Shown here in pieces: positions 29,653 to 40,742 of a stretch of 64,000 nt of DNA. The position numbers were made by a program, and so were the translations under genes. Where the stretch lies: positions 32,001 to 96,000 of the forward strand of contig CBDESZ010000006.1 of assembly GCA_965242725.1 (NCBI GenBank), read 5' to 3'. The notes under the pieces are model-generated. The model had not been told where the DNA came from. It did not search any database and saw only the letters and a program-made list of their open reading frames with translations. Positions within the stretch are counted from its first letter, which is position 1. Every line of letters starts with the position of its first letter. Source of the stretch: Alkalispirochaeta sp. GTDB taxonomy: Bacteria; Spirochaetota; Spirochaetia; DSM-27196; Alkalispirochaetaceae.

Positions 29653-30711
29653 CTACTGTTGGAGATCGAACTCCATGATTCCGTGGTTTTCGGAGAGGTA
29701 GCTTCGCACTTCCTCCTCGGTGGGGTCTATGAATATTGGTGAGTCGACCAAAAACTCCCGGTCGCTCTCCATGGACATTTCTCCGGATAGCATCATTTCA
29801 AGAACCTCGTAGGACTTCTCCGCTACCCCTCTTACATTTAGAGCGACCTGTGCCTGCCAGAACTCCTCTTCCATGAGATTGCGCAAAGCGGCTTCGCTTC
29901 CCCCCACCGCGACGATCGCGGGCGGTTCACCAACTACGATGCCGCCGTTTCGAATCACCTGTGCGGCTGCGAAACCTCGCTGATCGCTCGTGGCGTAGAT
30001 GATGTTGATCTCCGGGGAGTTGAGCAATGCCGATTCCGTGACCCGAAGGGCGCTTGCCACGGTTCCGAGGTCTTCCTGGTTGGCCACGACTTCGAACTCG
30101 GGGACGCGAGAACGAAAGCCTTCCAAGAAGCCGCGTTCCCGATTGGCGTCGCGTTGGACGGTCTCGTTATTGAGTACGAGTATCCGCGGCATGGTGTCCG
30201 GGGCAACGTCGGAGAATCGCTCAGCCACCCGTTGTCCGAGGGCGCGGCAGGTTTCGTATTCGGAGAAACCGACAAAGGGCGCTCGAATCCCCGGCGCCGG
30301 TCGAATGCCGTGGATGGCGATGGGGACCCCCGCCTCCTGTGCCATGCGTACCGCCTGGCCGGCGGCGTACGGGTCATGCTGAAAGACGAGGATAGCGTCG
30401 ACGCCGAGATCCAACAGGCGCCGCGTTGCAAACTCAAGGTCGTTGGCCGTGACGCCGGCCTCTACCTGGATTAGTTTGAAGTCCTTCTCTCGCGATAGAC
30501 GTCGCCACTGCTCGCGAAAAGCGGACCCAAAGCTCATGTACTCCACTCCGTTGTAGGCGAAGGTCGGCTCGAAGGTAATGTGAACGATTCCCAGGGTTCT
30601 GGAACCCTCTCCGGTAATCTCCTCGGAACTACCCGCGGCCGCCGCGGTCCCGGCGAGCAGAAGAATGCTCGCTACTACGATCGAAACGGTTATCAAGCCT
30701 TTACGCATCAT
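29653..30711 (-). CDS. Periplasmic sugar-binding-type protein (RbsB-like fold), orphan
   Basis: Signal peptide, GVDAIL, AQEAGVP, RERGF and INIIYATSD; paralog of 46251-47303. Confidence 0.75.
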   Translation of the reverse strand: MMRKGLITVSIVVASILLLAGTAAAAGSSEEITGEGSRTLGIVHITFEPTFAYNGVEYMSFGSAFREQWRRLSREKDFKLIQVEAGVTANDLEFATRRLLDLGVDAILVFQHDPYAAGQAVRMAQEAGVPIAIHGIRPAPGIRAPFVGFSEYETCRALGQRVAERFSDVAPDTMPRILVLNNETVQRDANRERGFLEGFRSRVPEFEVVANQEDLGTVASALRVTESALLNSPEINIIYATSDQRGFAAAQVIRNGGIVVGEPPAIVAVGGSEAALRNLMEEEFWQAQVALNVRGVAEKSYEVLEMMLSGEMSMESDREFLVDSPIFIDPTEEEVRSYLSENHGIMEFDLQQ

Positions 30712-30832
30712 TTCATTCCTTGATTTCGTGCTATTGCATCTAAGAAACTACGGTTCTTGGACATCCCTCGACAAGCGGCGCCGCCGTTCCCGGCTGGTCG
30801 CGGGCCCTCAAGAGGGGACGGCGCCGAAGCGG

Positions 30833-31795
30833 CTACCTATTTGGGGTTCTTTGCCGGGCTCTTACGACGACCAGAAAGATCACACCCCCCAGCGCCATAA
30901 GGACGCTTAAGATCTGGCCCATGGTGAAATTGAAAGGCGAAAGCAGCAGCCATGGCGGATTGTTCTCGGTGCCAAGCTGAAGCACGAAGTCAAGGCCGGG
31001 ATCCGGGGTGCGGAAGTACTCCGCGATAAACCGGGCGACGGAGTAGCCGATGAGATACGCGCCGATGAGAAATCCGTCGAAGGGCTTTCTTTTGCGAAAG
31101 ACGAACCAGAGAATGAACCAAAGGAGGACGCCTTCAAGAAACGCCTCGTAGAGTTGCGACGGGTGGCGAGGAAGATTGACAAGCTCCTGGCCGGTCACAT
31201 CGATGCCGACCGTTGCGGCGGTCTCCCGGACCGCCGGGACGCTCGTGGGAAGCCGGCGTGCGTGCGGAAAGAGCACGCCCCAGGGAAGCGTGGTTACGCG
31301 TCCATAGAGCTCCATGTTTAGGAAATTGCCGATTCTGCCGAAGGTGTAGCCCAGGGGTATGGCTGCCGATAGGAGGTCTCCGGTAGCGAGGATTGGTAGC
31401 CTCTTTCTCTTGCTGTAGAGCAAGAAGGCGATAATGCCTCCGATGAGCCCGCCGTGGTAGCTCATCCCGGCCAGTCCGGTGAAGTTCATCTCCTCGTCAA
31501 AGGGCCAGAATATGAGCCACGGTTTGGAAATGTAGGTCCCGCTGGTGTCGTAGACGGTTGCCGCTACGATTCTGGCGCCGATAATGATGCCGAGTATTAT
31601 CCAGAAGAAGAGGTCGGCAATATCCTCTCGCCCGACGCGGGCAAGCACTCCGGACCGCTGCTGCTTCAGCTGGACCACGGTCAAAACGTAGGCGAGGCCG
31701 AAGGCGACGAGGTACATTAGCCCGTACCACCGAATCGGGAGGCCGGGTATTATCGTAGGGGAAATCCATTCAGGATAGCGTAGGTAGAGGTTCAT
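30833..31795 (-). CDS. lgt: Prolipoprotein diacylglyceryl transferase
   Basis: IRWYGLMY, GMSYHGG, GRIGNFLNMELYGR, RHPSQLYE and RFIAEYFR. Confidence 0.96.
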   Translation of the reverse strand: MNLYLRYPEWISPTIIPGLPIRWYGLMYLVAFGLAYVLTVVQLKQQRSGVLARVGREDIADLFFWIILGIIIGARIVAATVYDTSGTYISKPWLIFWPFDEEMNFTGLAGMSYHGGLIGGIIAFLLYSKRKRLPILATGDLLSAAIPLGYTFGRIGNFLNMELYGRVTTLPWGVLFPHARRLPTSVPAVRETAATVGIDVTGQELVNLPRHPSQLYEAFLEGVLLWFILWFVFRKRKPFDGFLIGAYLIGYSVARFIAEYFRTPDPGLDFVLQLGTENNPPWLLLSPFNFTMGQILSVLMALGGVIFLVVVRARQRTPNR

Positions 31796-32526
31796 CGAGA
31801 CTCCTTGTGATGGTCGTGGACAAAGAGAAATAGGAGATGAAAGTGGTTCAGGAGGACGTTAAGCAGTTCGTCGTCGCCCCCGTTCCTCTCGGAGGTGACC
31901 GCCGCAAGAACGCAGACGATCCCGCCCTCCTGATAGCCGCTACGGATTATCAGCGGCGCCGAGTCGCCCGACTGGGGCGACTGCTTGCTCAAAGCAAGCT
32001 TGTTTGAAATCGGCGGGGCGGCGGAACCTCCCTCCCGTGTCCAGACGTACTCCGTTACCGTGCGCATGGTATCCACGGATATTACACGGAGACGGGACGC
32101 CGCCGCCCCCGCCACCCCCGAGGCTATGGCCCCGTGGAGATCGGAGAGGACGCCGTGGGACTCATTGGTCGAACGCGACCTTGCTAAAGCCGCCGAATGC
32201 TCCTTTATAAGCTCGAGACAAACGTTCGCTTGCCCGATGTACCGGAAGGATCTGGTAAGGCGATGTTGAAGCGTCTGCTTTTCCAGTTTCTCCCTCACGA
32301 TTTGGCGGTTGAGAATCGTGATGAGGGCTCCGGCAACGAGTAGGTCGATCGCGATGAGTAGAGACTGTGTCTGTGCGACCGATAGGCTGAGAATATGGCC
32401 GTCCACAAGGTGTGGGACCAAAAGCGCCACGGCCAAAGCGCCGATCAGGGTTACTATTATGGCCGGCTTTGCCGCGGTGCGAATCCACTCCGCTCGTTTC
32501 GTGTTCGGTCCGAGCGTTACGCTCAT
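31792..32526 (-). CDS. Hypothetical membrane protein (2 TM plus soluble domain)
   Basis: Two hydrophobic helices; translationally coupled to lgt. Confidence 0.6.
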   Translation of the reverse strand: MSVTLGPNTKRAEWIRTAAKPAIIVTLIGALAVALLVPHLVDGHILSLSVAQTQSLLIAIDLLVAGALITILNRQIVREKLEKQTLQHRLTRSFRYIGQANVCLELIKEHSAALARSRSTNESHGVLSDLHGAIASGVAGAAASRLRVISVDTMRTVTEYVWTREGGSAAPPISNKLALSKQSPQSGDSAPLIIRSGYQEGGIVCVLAAVTSERNGGDDELLNVLLNHFHLLFLFVHDHHKESR

Positions 32527-32550
32527 TGTAAGCTGCTCCCGTCTGCATTC

Positions 32551-32859
32551 CTACTTCCGCTTTTTCGCATCGACGTTGTCAGGAGTCGCGTCTCTCGCAT
32601 GGGCATCCTGCGCATCGTTGCCCGTGGCACGGTGTCTGTGCATCCCCAGTAACATCGGCACATGGAGCGCTACGAAGAGAATGTAGAGCACGTTTCTACC
32701 TTGGTCCGGCACTGAAATTCCAACTTTCGGAAGCAGGTAGACCGCAGTTAGCATGATGGCGCCAAACACCATCATGCCGGTATGCGAGGTAATCGCAGCT
32801 ACACCTCGGCTCCAAAGACTCTCTTCTCGGGTTTCTGCGTGGCGGTCCGGTGCCGTCAT
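32551..32859 (-). CDS. Small membrane protein (DUF2933-like, copper-cluster associated)
   Basis: 2 TM followed by [12 protein letters not shown]; overlaps the copA stop. Confidence 0.55.
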   Translation of the reverse strand: MTAPDRHAETREESLWSRGVAAITSHTGMMVFGAIMLTAVYLLPKVGISVPDQGRNVLYILFVALHVPMLLGMHRHRATGNDAQDAHARDATPDNVDAKKRK

Positions 32860-35207
32860 GCCGCAGCTCCTTCGGTTTTCGCTCCTGCGGTGGAAAGATC
32901 TTCCGAGGGTGCGGTGAACTTGACCTTTGCTCTTCGTAGGAGATTGGCGTTCGTAACCACGTTGATCGAGCTGAACGCCATTGCCGCTTCCGCGATAACC
33001 GGGTGTAGCAGTCCGAGCACCGCCACAGGAATAGCCACGGTGTTATAGAAGTACGCCCAGAAGAGATTTTGCTTGATCTTCCTAAAGGTCGCCTTGGAAA
33101 GCCGAATCGCGGTAACCACCCCGGAAAGCTCGCCGCTCACAAGGGTAACGTCGGACGCCTCAATTGCAATGTCCGTTCCCGTGCCGATCGCGATTCCTAC
33201 GTTGGACTGTGTAAGGGCGGGGGCATCGTTGATACCGTCCCCGACCATCGCGACGCTGCCGACCTTCTCCTGCAACCGCTTGATCTCGTCCACTTTGCCA
33301 TCCGGGAGCACCTCCGCGAGTACCCGGGAAATCCCAACCTTTCGGGCGATTGCCGAGACGGTTTTCTCGTTGTCTCCGGAAATCACCGCCGTCTCGATAC
33401 CCATCCGCTCAAGCTCGTGAATCGCCGCGACCGAATCCGGCTTCAATGTGTCCGCTACCGCCACGGTTCCGAGAATGGTCCCGCCATAGGCTACAAGCAT
33501 TGCGGTCTTTGCCTCGTCCTCCAGACGATTCATTGTGTCCGCGGCGGACTCGATAACGACTCCGGCTTCTCCCATAAGCTTCCTGCTACCGACAAGGATT
33601 TCTTTCCCCTCGACGACCGCACGAACTCCCTTGCCTCGCACCGCCTTGAACTCCTGGGGCTGGGCAATCTCAATTCCCTCCTCTTTGGCGAGCTTGACGA
33701 ACGCCTGCCCCAGCGGATGCTCGGAGCCGGACTCCGCGGAGGCGACCAGACGCAAGAGTTCTCGTCGATCGATTTCGGTAAAGGCGATAAGGTCGGTAAC
33801 CTCGGGCTTTCCCTTGGTGATGGTTCCGGTCTTGTCGAATACGACGGTGTGAATGTCCTTGAGTCCCTGAATTGCCTCGCCCCGACGAATCAGGATTCCA
33901 TTTTCGGCGCCGATACCGCTACCGACCATGAGAGCGGTCGGAGTAGCGAGGCCGAGGGCGCAGGGGCACGCGATCACCAACACCGCCACGGCGGCAAAGA
34001 TGGCCAGGGTGACCGTTCCGACGCTCGGATCTACCCAGGGCAGAAATGTAGATGCCCACTCGGTAATCGGCAACAGAGTTTCGGGGAAGACCATCCATAC
34101 GAGAACCGTAAACGCCGCCACAGCCAGTACGACAGGTACGAAGTAGGAGGTTACGCGGTCCGCAAATTCTTGGATCGGAACCTTTGACCCCTGGCACTCC
34201 TGTACCATTCGTATAACTTGAGAAAGAAAGGTATCCTTGCCTACCTTTGTCGCCCGAACCTTCAGTAGCCCTTCCTGGTTCACCGTGGCGCCGATCACCT
34301 CGTCTCCATTCCCCTTGTTCACCGGCATCGATTCACCAGTAGCCATGGACTCGTCTAAAGAGCTCTCGCCTTCGACTATTATCCCGTCGGTTGGAATCTT
34401 TTCTCCGGGGCGCACTACCATCACATGGTCTATTTGGACCTGTTCAATCGGAATCTCCCGTTCCTCGCCATCTTCGATTACGCGAGCCGTCTTAGCGCCA
34501 AGTTCCAAGAGCCGCTTAATGGCCTGAGACGCTCTTCCGCGGGCTGCGGTCTCCACGTATCGCCCGGTTAGATGAAACGCCATTATCATGGCGGCGACTC
34601 CCGCATAGTTGGCCACGGGGAGGAAGAAGGCGGCGGGGCCTGTCGCCAGGGAGACGACCGTACCCATCGCAATAAGTACGTCCATATTCGCGCTGCCGTG
34701 TGAGACCGCCTTAAATGCCGAACGCAGGGTGCTCCAGCCGACGCCGAACATCACCGGTAGGGCTAAGGCGATCATTCCAAGATCGAAAATCGCCTGGGTC
34801 GGCCAGACGATGCCTGCGAACATTTCAAAGGACATCCATACGATGATGGGCAGGGTGAACGCCCAGGCGGTCACCATTTTGCGACGGGCTGCCGACATCC
34901 GCTTCTCGTCCTCGTCGACTTTCCCGTCTTCACCGGTCGCATCCGGCTTTTCGCCGACCGCATAGCCGACGGCTTCCACCGCCGCCTTGAATTGCGATAC
35001 CCCAACGACCGACGGATCATAATGAAGCGTGGCCTGTTCGGCAGCAAAGTTGACCCCCGCCGAGCTTACGCCGGGAACCTTACCTAACGCTTTTTCAATT
35101 GTCTGTGCGCAGGATGCACAACTCATCCCTTCCAAAGGAAGGACCGCCGTTTCCAGACGAACGCTCTGAGTATCGGTACTATCTATGCGTGCTTTGGTAG
35201 CTTCCAT
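32856..35207 (-). CDS. copA: Cu(I)-exporting P1B-1 ATPase
   Basis: GMSCASC HMA, CPC, DKTGT, HP, YN and MAFSS. Confidence 0.96.
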   Translation of the reverse strand: MEATKARIDSTDTQSVRLETAVLPLEGMSCASCAQTIEKALGKVPGVSSAGVNFAAEQATLHYDPSVVGVSQFKAAVEAVGYAVGEKPDATGEDGKVDEDEKRMSAARRKMVTAWAFTLPIIVWMSFEMFAGIVWPTQAIFDLGMIALALPVMFGVGWSTLRSAFKAVSHGSANMDVLIAMGTVVSLATGPAAFFLPVANYAGVAAMIMAFHLTGRYVETAARGRASQAIKRLLELGAKTARVIEDGEEREIPIEQVQIDHVMVVRPGEKIPTDGIIVEGESSLDESMATGESMPVNKGNGDEVIGATVNQEGLLKVRATKVGKDTFLSQVIRMVQECQGSKVPIQEFADRVTSYFVPVVLAVAAFTVLVWMVFPETLLPITEWASTFLPWVDPSVGTVTLAIFAAVAVLVIACPCALGLATPTALMVGSGIGAENGILIRRGEAIQGLKDIHTVVFDKTGTITKGKPEVTDLIAFTEIDRRELLRLVASAESGSEHPLGQAFVKLAKEEGIEIAQPQEFKAVRGKGVRAVVEGKEILVGSRKLMGEAGVVIESAADTMNRLEDEAKTAMLVAYGGTILGTVAVADTLKPDSVAAIHELERMGIETAVISGDNEKTVSAIARKVGISRVLAEVLPDGKVDEIKRLQEKVGSVAMVGDGINDAPALTQSNVGIAIGTGTDIAIEASDVTLVSGELSGVVTAIRLSKATFRKIKQNLFWAYFYNTVAIPVAVLGLLHPVIAEAAMAFSSINVVTNANLLRRAKVKFTAPSEDLSTAGAKTEGAAA

Positions 35208-35230
35208 AGAGAACTCCTTCTTAATCGAGT

Positions 35231-35247
35231 ATACCCTACCAGGGTAT
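35231..35247. promoter_or_regulatory. CsoR-type operator upstream of copA
   Basis: ATACC-CTACCAG-GGTAT. Confidence 0.8.
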
Positions 35248-35386
35248 TGTATAGCGTCGGATTAGTTGGCGGGAGTGTCAACCCCTTTTTGTTTTTTATG
35301 TCAACTTTATGTTTGAGGACGATAGTGGCCCGCGTTCTTTTTGCTCCGAGGAATGCATGGAGATCTATCGGTGCACATGATTAATC

Positions 35387-35440
35387 GTCACCTACTCGTA
35401 ATACAACCGTCACTCTGCGGTCACCTTGAGCTGCTACATT
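35387..35440 (+). promoter_or_regulatory. OmpR-type 11-bp direct-repeat promoter
   Basis: GTCAC/GTAAT/GTCAC/GTCAC at 35387/35398/35409/35420, then 10 nt, then TACATT. Confidence 0.7.
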
Positions 35441-36041
35441 CTCAATCGTTGACGGCGAGACCGGAAGGCCGCCGCGACAAATACTAAATCTGGAGGACGA
35501 TTTATGAATAATCGGACGCTTTTAGTCGCCGTATTGCTGACGGCAGTTGTATTTGGAGCCTTCGCACAAGTCGACGGGCACAATCGGAGTGTCGAAGACG
35601 TGGAGGCGGAAATTCGGACCACCCTGGGCTTGAGTAGCGAGGAGAGAATCAATCCGGACGCGGTTCCCGAGGAACTGCTCATCGTCCTCGGTGACGCGGT
35701 AATGGGAGCCTATGTAGGTGACCCTGAGCGGCACGAATGGATGGACGAGATGATGGGAGGCGAAGGTTCGAGCTCTCTGGATGCCGCACATCGGTGGATG
35801 GCGTATCGGTATTTAACCGGCGGATATGCCACGGCGGGAGGAATGGGATACGGCATGATGGGCGGTGGAATGATGGGTACCGCCGGCATGATGGGCGGCG
35901 GTTGGGGCCTCATGGGCAACCCCGACATGATGTACGAGGGGATTCCGTACGGTTCACCGGAAGAGGTGCTCAAACGCCGCTATGCGGCCGGGGAGATTTC
36001 GCGTCGGGAATTCCGGCGAATGCTTCGCGAGATCGAATAGA
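35421..36041 (+). repeat. About 620-bp direct repeat, copy 1
   Basis: Near-identical to 44903-45523 (offset 9482). Confidence 0.95.
35504..36040 (+). CDS. Exported His/Met/Gly-rich SHOCT-domain protein, copy 1
   Basis: Signal peptide, HEWMDEMMGGEGS, GMMG repeats, LKRRYAAGEISRREF. Confidence 0.85.
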   Translation: MNNRTLLVAVLLTAVVFGAFAQVDGHNRSVEDVEAEIRTTLGLSSEERINPDAVPEELLIVLGDAVMGAYVGDPERHEWMDEMMGGEGSSSLDAAHRWMAYRYLTGGYATAGGMGYGMMGGGMMGTAGMMGGGWGLMGNPDMMYEGIPYGSPEEVLKRRYAAGEISRREFRRMLREIE

Positions 36042-36065
36042 TCGCGATTTGTTATCGTGATGGTG

Positions 36066-36095
36066 GGCGAAGCAGGTTTTACATCCTGCTTCGCC
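36066..36095. terminator. Hairpin between convergent genes
   Basis: GGCGAAGCAGG-N8-CCTGCTTCGCC perfect 11-bp stem. Confidence 0.65.
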
Positions 36096-36127
36096 TCGTC
36101 TAACAATACCTAATAATATGGGACACG

Positions 36128-36478
36128 TTATCTGCCGGTAAACTCGCGAAACTCGTACACTATGACGCCGTTGTCGCTTACCTCAATTCCCACGCGTGTG
36201 CCATCCACGAGGCGTTCCAACGACTGTTCGGCAATCTGCGCGCTAACTCCGATTTCTACTATTAGATCCGACACGGTAATTCTGCCACCGAGACGGCGGG
36301 CAATCCGATATACCTCCGCCTCCCGCGGTAGATCTTCCGGGTACATGCCCCTTCCACGTCGAGTCGCCCGACGTCTGAGCCTTGGCTCTAACTCGTCACG
36401 TAACCCGATTACAATCAACGGTAGCACAAAGAGAAAGAGCCACAAGCCACCACCCATTCCATGCATAATACTCGACAC
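36128..36478 (-). CDS. Hypothetical single-TM protein with HTH-like C-terminus
   Basis: GAGG RBS, one TM helix, GGRITVSDL..VYEF; CsoR-like box at 36499-36515. Confidence 0.6.
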   Translation of the reverse strand: MSSIMHGMGGGLWLFLFVLPLIVIGLRDELEPRLRRRATRRGRGMYPEDLPREAEVYRIARRLGGRITVSDLIVEIGVSAQIAEQSLERLVDGTRVGIEVSDNGVIVYEFREFTGR

Positions 36479-36600
36479 CTCAATACAACGCTTATACTAT
36501 GCCCCGGAAGGGTATAGCAAGAGGTTGGATGAAAAGCACACACGCTGAAGACGAGAGACCCGCCGATTTTCCGGGAAATAATACACACTTGGCTTTGCAT

Positions 36601-36628
36601 TATATACCATACAGGAGTATGGTATATA
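36601..36628. promoter_or_regulatory. Perfect palindrome (CsoR-type) upstream of pflB
   Basis: TATATACCATAC-AGGA-GTATGGTATATA. Confidence 0.75.
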
Positions 36629-36671
36629 AATATATTGAAGTACATAGACAGCAGGTACACAGGAGGTTTTT

Positions 36672-38945
36672 ATGAGTACTGTTGATATACATACCGACGA
36701 CGCAAATGGACGGGAAAAGCGGGATCCGTGGCGCGGATTCAGTTTCGGAAGATGGAGACGGGAAATAGACATTCGTGGGTTCATTCAGGAGAACTATTCC
36801 CCTTACGACGGAGATGAGTCTTTTCTATCCGAACCCACATCGGATACTCAAATACTTTGGGAGCAGGTACAGGAGCTTCTCTCGCAGGAACGAGAACGAG
36901 GTGGGACACTCGACGTTGATGTACACACGGTATCATCGATTACAGCTCATGCTCCGGGATATATCGACCGGGAACGAGAGAAGGTCGTAGGGTTACAAAC
37001 CGACGCGCCGCTTCGACGAGCCATAATGCCGTTCGGGGGAATACGGGTTGTAGAAAAAGCCGCCGAATCATACGGTTACCAGCTCCCCGTAAGGATTACA
37101 GCCATCTTCACCGACTATCGAAAGACACACAACGACGGTGTCTTCGATGCCTACACCCCTCAAATGAAGGAAGCCCGACGTTCGGGTATCATTACCGGCT
37201 TGCCGGACGCCTACGGTCGGGGTCGAATTATCGGTGACTATCGAAGAGTAGCCCTTTACGGCGTGGACCGACTTATCGCCGAAAAGCGGCATGAACTATC
37301 GATGACCGAGTCGAGGATGACTGAAACGACGATTCGGCTCCGCGAGGAACTTTCAGAGCAGATCGAGGCTCTGGAGGAACTCACGGAAATGGGGATCAGT
37401 TACGGCTTCGATTTAAGCCGGCCGGCAGCAGACGCCTTTGAGGCGGTTCAATGGACCTATTTCGCCTATCTTGCGGCCATTAAAGAACAAGACGGCGCGG
37501 CCATGAGTCTGGGGCGAGTCTCGACCTTCCTGGACACCTATTTCCAGCGAGACATCGCCGAGGGAAAGCTCGAAGAGGCGGGTGCTCAGGAACTCATCGA
37601 CCAATTGGTGATGAAGTTGCGCCTCGTCCGGTTCTTACGCACTCCTGAGTATAATGAGCTCTTCTCGGGTGACCCGACATGGGTGACCGAGGCGATCGGC
37701 GGGGTCGGAGAGGACGGTCGCCCCATGGTGACCCGCAGCAGTTTTCGGTTCTTGCACACCCTGACCAACCTGGGGCCGGCTCCGGAACCTAACCTAACGG
37801 TTCTCTGGTCCCAACGACTTCCCAAAGCGTTTAAAGAGTACTGTGCGAGAGTCTCGATTATGACAAGCGCTATTCAGTACGAGAACGACGACCTTATGCG
37901 GCCCTACTGGGGAGACGATTACGGAATCGCCTGCTGCGTGTCGGCAATGAGAATCGGCAAGCAGATGCAGTTCTTTGGTGCGCGGTGCAATTTGGCGAAG
38001 GCGCTCTTGTACGCCATTAACGGGGGACGTGACGAGATCACCGGTAAACAGGTTGGTCCACCGCTGGCCGCTATCGACGACGACGTTCTGGAATACCAAT
38101 TAGTGATGGAACGGTACGATTACATTCTGGATTGGGTGGCAGGCTTGTACGCGGATACGCTCAACGTCATACATTACATGCACGATCGTTATGCATATGA
38201 GAAAGTGCAAATGGCGCTCCACGACCGCGACGTATTACGCACTATGGCGTACGGCATAGCCGGACTATCGGTCGCGACCGATGCGCTCTCGGCCATTCGT
38301 TTTGCCACGGTGAAACCGATTCGCGATGACAGGGGACTGGCTACGGATTTTGTCATCGAAGGTACATTTCCGACCTTTGGGAATGACGACGACCGAGTTG
38401 ATGATATCGCGGTAGATCTTGTACAACGGTTTATGAAGAAGCTATCGAGTAAGGAATGCTATCGGCACGCACTTCCAACACAATCGATCCTCACCATCAC
38501 CTCCAATGTCGTTTACGGAAAAAAAACTGGGGCAACACCGGATGGACGGAAAAAGGGAGATCCCTTTGCGCCTGGTGCCAATCCGATGCACGGCCGGGAC
38601 ACCCGAGGGGCCTTAGCTTCCATTACCTCCGTGGCCAAGCTGCCTTACGAGTATGCCCAGGACGGAATATCCTACACATTCTCGGTGGAGCCTCATACTC
38701 TTGGATTTGACACGACCGCACAGGTAATGAACTTGGTGGCGGTGTTGGACGGGTACTTCGAGCGGAAGGGACACCATATCAATGTTAACGTACTGCAACG
38801 GGAGACGCTGATTGATGCTATGGACCACCCGGAAAAGTATCCGCAGCTTACAATTCGTGTATCAGGATACGCCGTCAATTTTATTAAGCTTACGAAAGAA
38901 CAGCAACTGGACGTCATACACAGGACATTCCATGAGCGTGTTTAG
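36672..38945 (+). CDS. pflB: Pyruvate formate-lyase
   Basis: IACCVS active site and RVSGY glycyl-radical loop. Confidence 0.97.
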   Translation: MSTVDIHTDDANGREKRDPWRGFSFGRWRREIDIRGFIQENYSPYDGDESFLSEPTSDTQILWEQVQELLSQERERGGTLDVDVHTVSSITAHAPGYIDREREKVVGLQTDAPLRRAIMPFGGIRVVEKAAESYGYQLPVRITAIFTDYRKTHNDGVFDAYTPQMKEARRSGIITGLPDAYGRGRIIGDYRRVALYGVDRLIAEKRHELSMTESRMTETTIRLREELSEQIEALEELTEMGISYGFDLSRPAADAFEAVQWTYFAYLAAIKEQDGAAMSLGRVSTFLDTYFQRDIAEGKLEEAGAQELIDQLVMKLRLVRFLRTPEYNELFSGDPTWVTEAIGGVGEDGRPMVTRSSFRFLHTLTNLGPAPEPNLTVLWSQRLPKAFKEYCARVSIMTSAIQYENDDLMRPYWGDDYGIACCVSAMRIGKQMQFFGARCNLAKALLYAINGGRDEITGKQVGPPLAAIDDDVLEYQLVMERYDYILDWVAGLYADTLNVIHYMHDRYAYEKVQMALHDRDVLRTMAYGIAGLSVATDALSAIRFATVKPIRDDRGLATDFVIEGTFPTFGNDDDRVDDIAVDLVQRFMKKLSSKECYRHALPTQSILTITSNVVYGKKTGATPDGRKKGDPFAPGANPMHGRDTRGALASITSVAKLPYEYAQDGISYTFSVEPHTLGFDTTAQVMNLVAVLDGYFERKGHHINVNVLQRETLIDAMDHPEKYPQLTIRVSGYAVNFIKLTKEQQLDVIHRTFHERV

Positions 38946-39774
38946 ACCGATACCTGCCACGAGAGACGGTACGTCATCGCCGGTGGGGTCCCGGCGGGAG
39001 AGGAATAGCCGAGACGGCACTGTCAGAGGCGGGGAGCTTACCGGAAACCTCCATTCCGTTGAAACCTTCGGTACGCTGGATGGCCCGGGAATTCGTTTTG
39101 TCATGTTTTTTCAGGGGTGTCATTTGCGCTGTCTTTACTGTCAGAATCGCGACACTTGGGAAGTGGGCGACGGCCGGTCGGTAACCATTGACCAGATGAT
39201 GGAGGAAATCCGGGCGGTCCGCAGCTTCCTCGATCGTTCCGGGGGTGGTATTACCGCCTCCGGCGGAGATCCTATCCTGCAGGCGCGGTTTGTCGGAGCG
39301 CTCTTTGAGGCCGCGAAGAGGGAGGGAATTAATACAGCCCTCGACACGTCGGGTCTTACGGTAATAACCCCAGCCGTCGAGCGATTGATTGAGGTGACGG
39401 ATCTGATATTGCTCGATATTAAGCATGTCGACGACAAGAGGCATCGAGAACTGACGGGCCGGCCGAACCGGCTGGTCCTGGAGTTTGCGCGGTGGCTCGA
39501 TAAACTTGGGAAGCGGACATGGATACGACACGTCGTGGTGCCGGGTTTTACGACCGACGCCACCTCGGCGCAGATGACGGGGGAGTTTCTCTCCAACCTC
39601 TCGAATCTGGAGCGTGTCGAGCTACTTCGATACCACGAAATGGGTAAGCACAAATGGATATCCCTCGGAAAACGATATCCGTTGGAAGGTACCCCGGTTC
39701 CAAGTCGAGCACAACTGGAGTATGTCCAGGCGATATTCGCGCGCTATGGCGTGGCGGCGGCGATTTCCGGATAG
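38932..39774 (+). CDS. pflA: Pyruvate formate-lyase activating enzyme (radical SAM)
   Basis: [15 protein letters not shown] and SGGDP; overlaps the pflB end. Confidence 0.93.
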   Translation: MSVFRPIPATRDGTSSPVGSRRERNSRDGTVRGGELTGNLHSVETFGTLDGPGIRFVMFFQGCHLRCLYCQNRDTWEVGDGRSVTIDQMMEEIRAVRSFLDRSGGGITASGGDPILQARFVGALFEAAKREGINTALDTSGLTVITPAVERLIEVTDLILLDIKHVDDKRHRELTGRPNRLVLEFARWLDKLGKRTWIRHVVVPGFTTDATSAQMTGEFLSNLSNLERVELLRYHEMGKHKWISLGKRYPLEGTPVPSRAQLEYVQAIFARYGVAAAISG

Positions 39775-39782
39775 CGGCGGCG

Positions 39783-40685
39783 CTACGCCGGGAAGACTCC
39801 GGTGGACACGTAGCGGTCTCCGCGGTCGCAGATAATCGTGACCAAGACCGCGTCTTGCACCCCTTCCGCGTCCAAATCCCGAGCTACGTCCAGCGCCACG
39901 GCAACGTTTCCCCCGGAGGAGATTCCGGCGAAAATACCCTCTTCCCTCGCCAGTGCGTGCATCGTCTCTACGGCCCGCTCGCGCGACACTTCGCGGCGAT
40001 CATCGATACGGGATTCGTCGTAGATCGCCGGTAGATATGCCTCAGGCCACGCTCGAATCCCCGGGATTCCGCCGTGGCCGTCGGGTAGGGCTCCCACGAT
40101 CCGTACCGCCGGGTTCCGCTCCTTGAGATACCGCGATACCCCCATCAGGGTTCCGGTTGTACCGGTGGAGGCAACAAAATGGGTAACCCGGCCGTCGGTG
40201 TCCTTCCACACCTCGGGCCCGGTGGTCCGGTAGTGGGCCTCTGGATTGTCCGGGTTGGAGAACTGATCTAGAATCACGCCCTTTCCGGCGGCTTCCAATT
40301 CTCGTGCCAGGTCGATCGCCCCCTCCATGCTCTTGTCCTTTGGTGTCAGTACCACCGTAGCGCCGTAGGCCTTCATGAGTGCTCTTCGTTCCGCGCTCAT
40401 GTGTTCCGGCATGATCAACACCATCCGATAGCCTTTGATCGCCGCCACCATCGCCAGTGCAATGCCGGTGTTGCCACTGGTCGGTTCAATGAGGGTATCA
40501 CCCGGGCGGATTCGGCCTTGTTCCTCGGCCGCCACGACCATTTGGTAAGCCGGTCGGTCTTTGACCGAACCGGCGGGATTGTCACCCTCCATCTTACACA
40601 GTATCAGATTGGGACCGGTATATATGCGCTGCAGCCGTACCAGCGGTGTATTGCCGATGCACTCTTCGATCGTTTGTACGTTCAT
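39783..40685 (-). CDS. cysM: Cysteine synthase B
   Basis: IGNTPLV, EGDNPAGSVKDR, PTSGNTG, GTTGT and ICDRGDRY. Confidence 0.92.
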   Translation of the reverse strand: MNVQTIEECIGNTPLVRLQRIYTGPNLILCKMEGDNPAGSVKDRPAYQMVVAAEEQGRIRPGDTLIEPTSGNTGIALAMVAAIKGYRMVLIMPEHMSAERRALMKAYGATVVLTPKDKSMEGAIDLARELEAAGKGVILDQFSNPDNPEAHYRTTGPEVWKDTDGRVTHFVASTGTTGTLMGVSRYLKERNPAVRIVGALPDGHGGIPGIRAWPEAYLPAIYDESRIDDRREVSRERAVETMHALAREEGIFAGISSGGNVAVALDVARDLDAEGVQDAVLVTIICDRGDRYVSTGVFPA

Positions 40686-40742
40686 GCTCCAACTATAAGT
40701 TGAGTAGCTTGATTTGTGAACAGGACATTGGTAGGACACCGC

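Noticed and set aside
35830..35935. GGCATGATGGGC-type repeats as a CRISPR or DNA repeat
   Set aside because: Coding Gly-Met-Met repeats with no spacer structure and no cas genes
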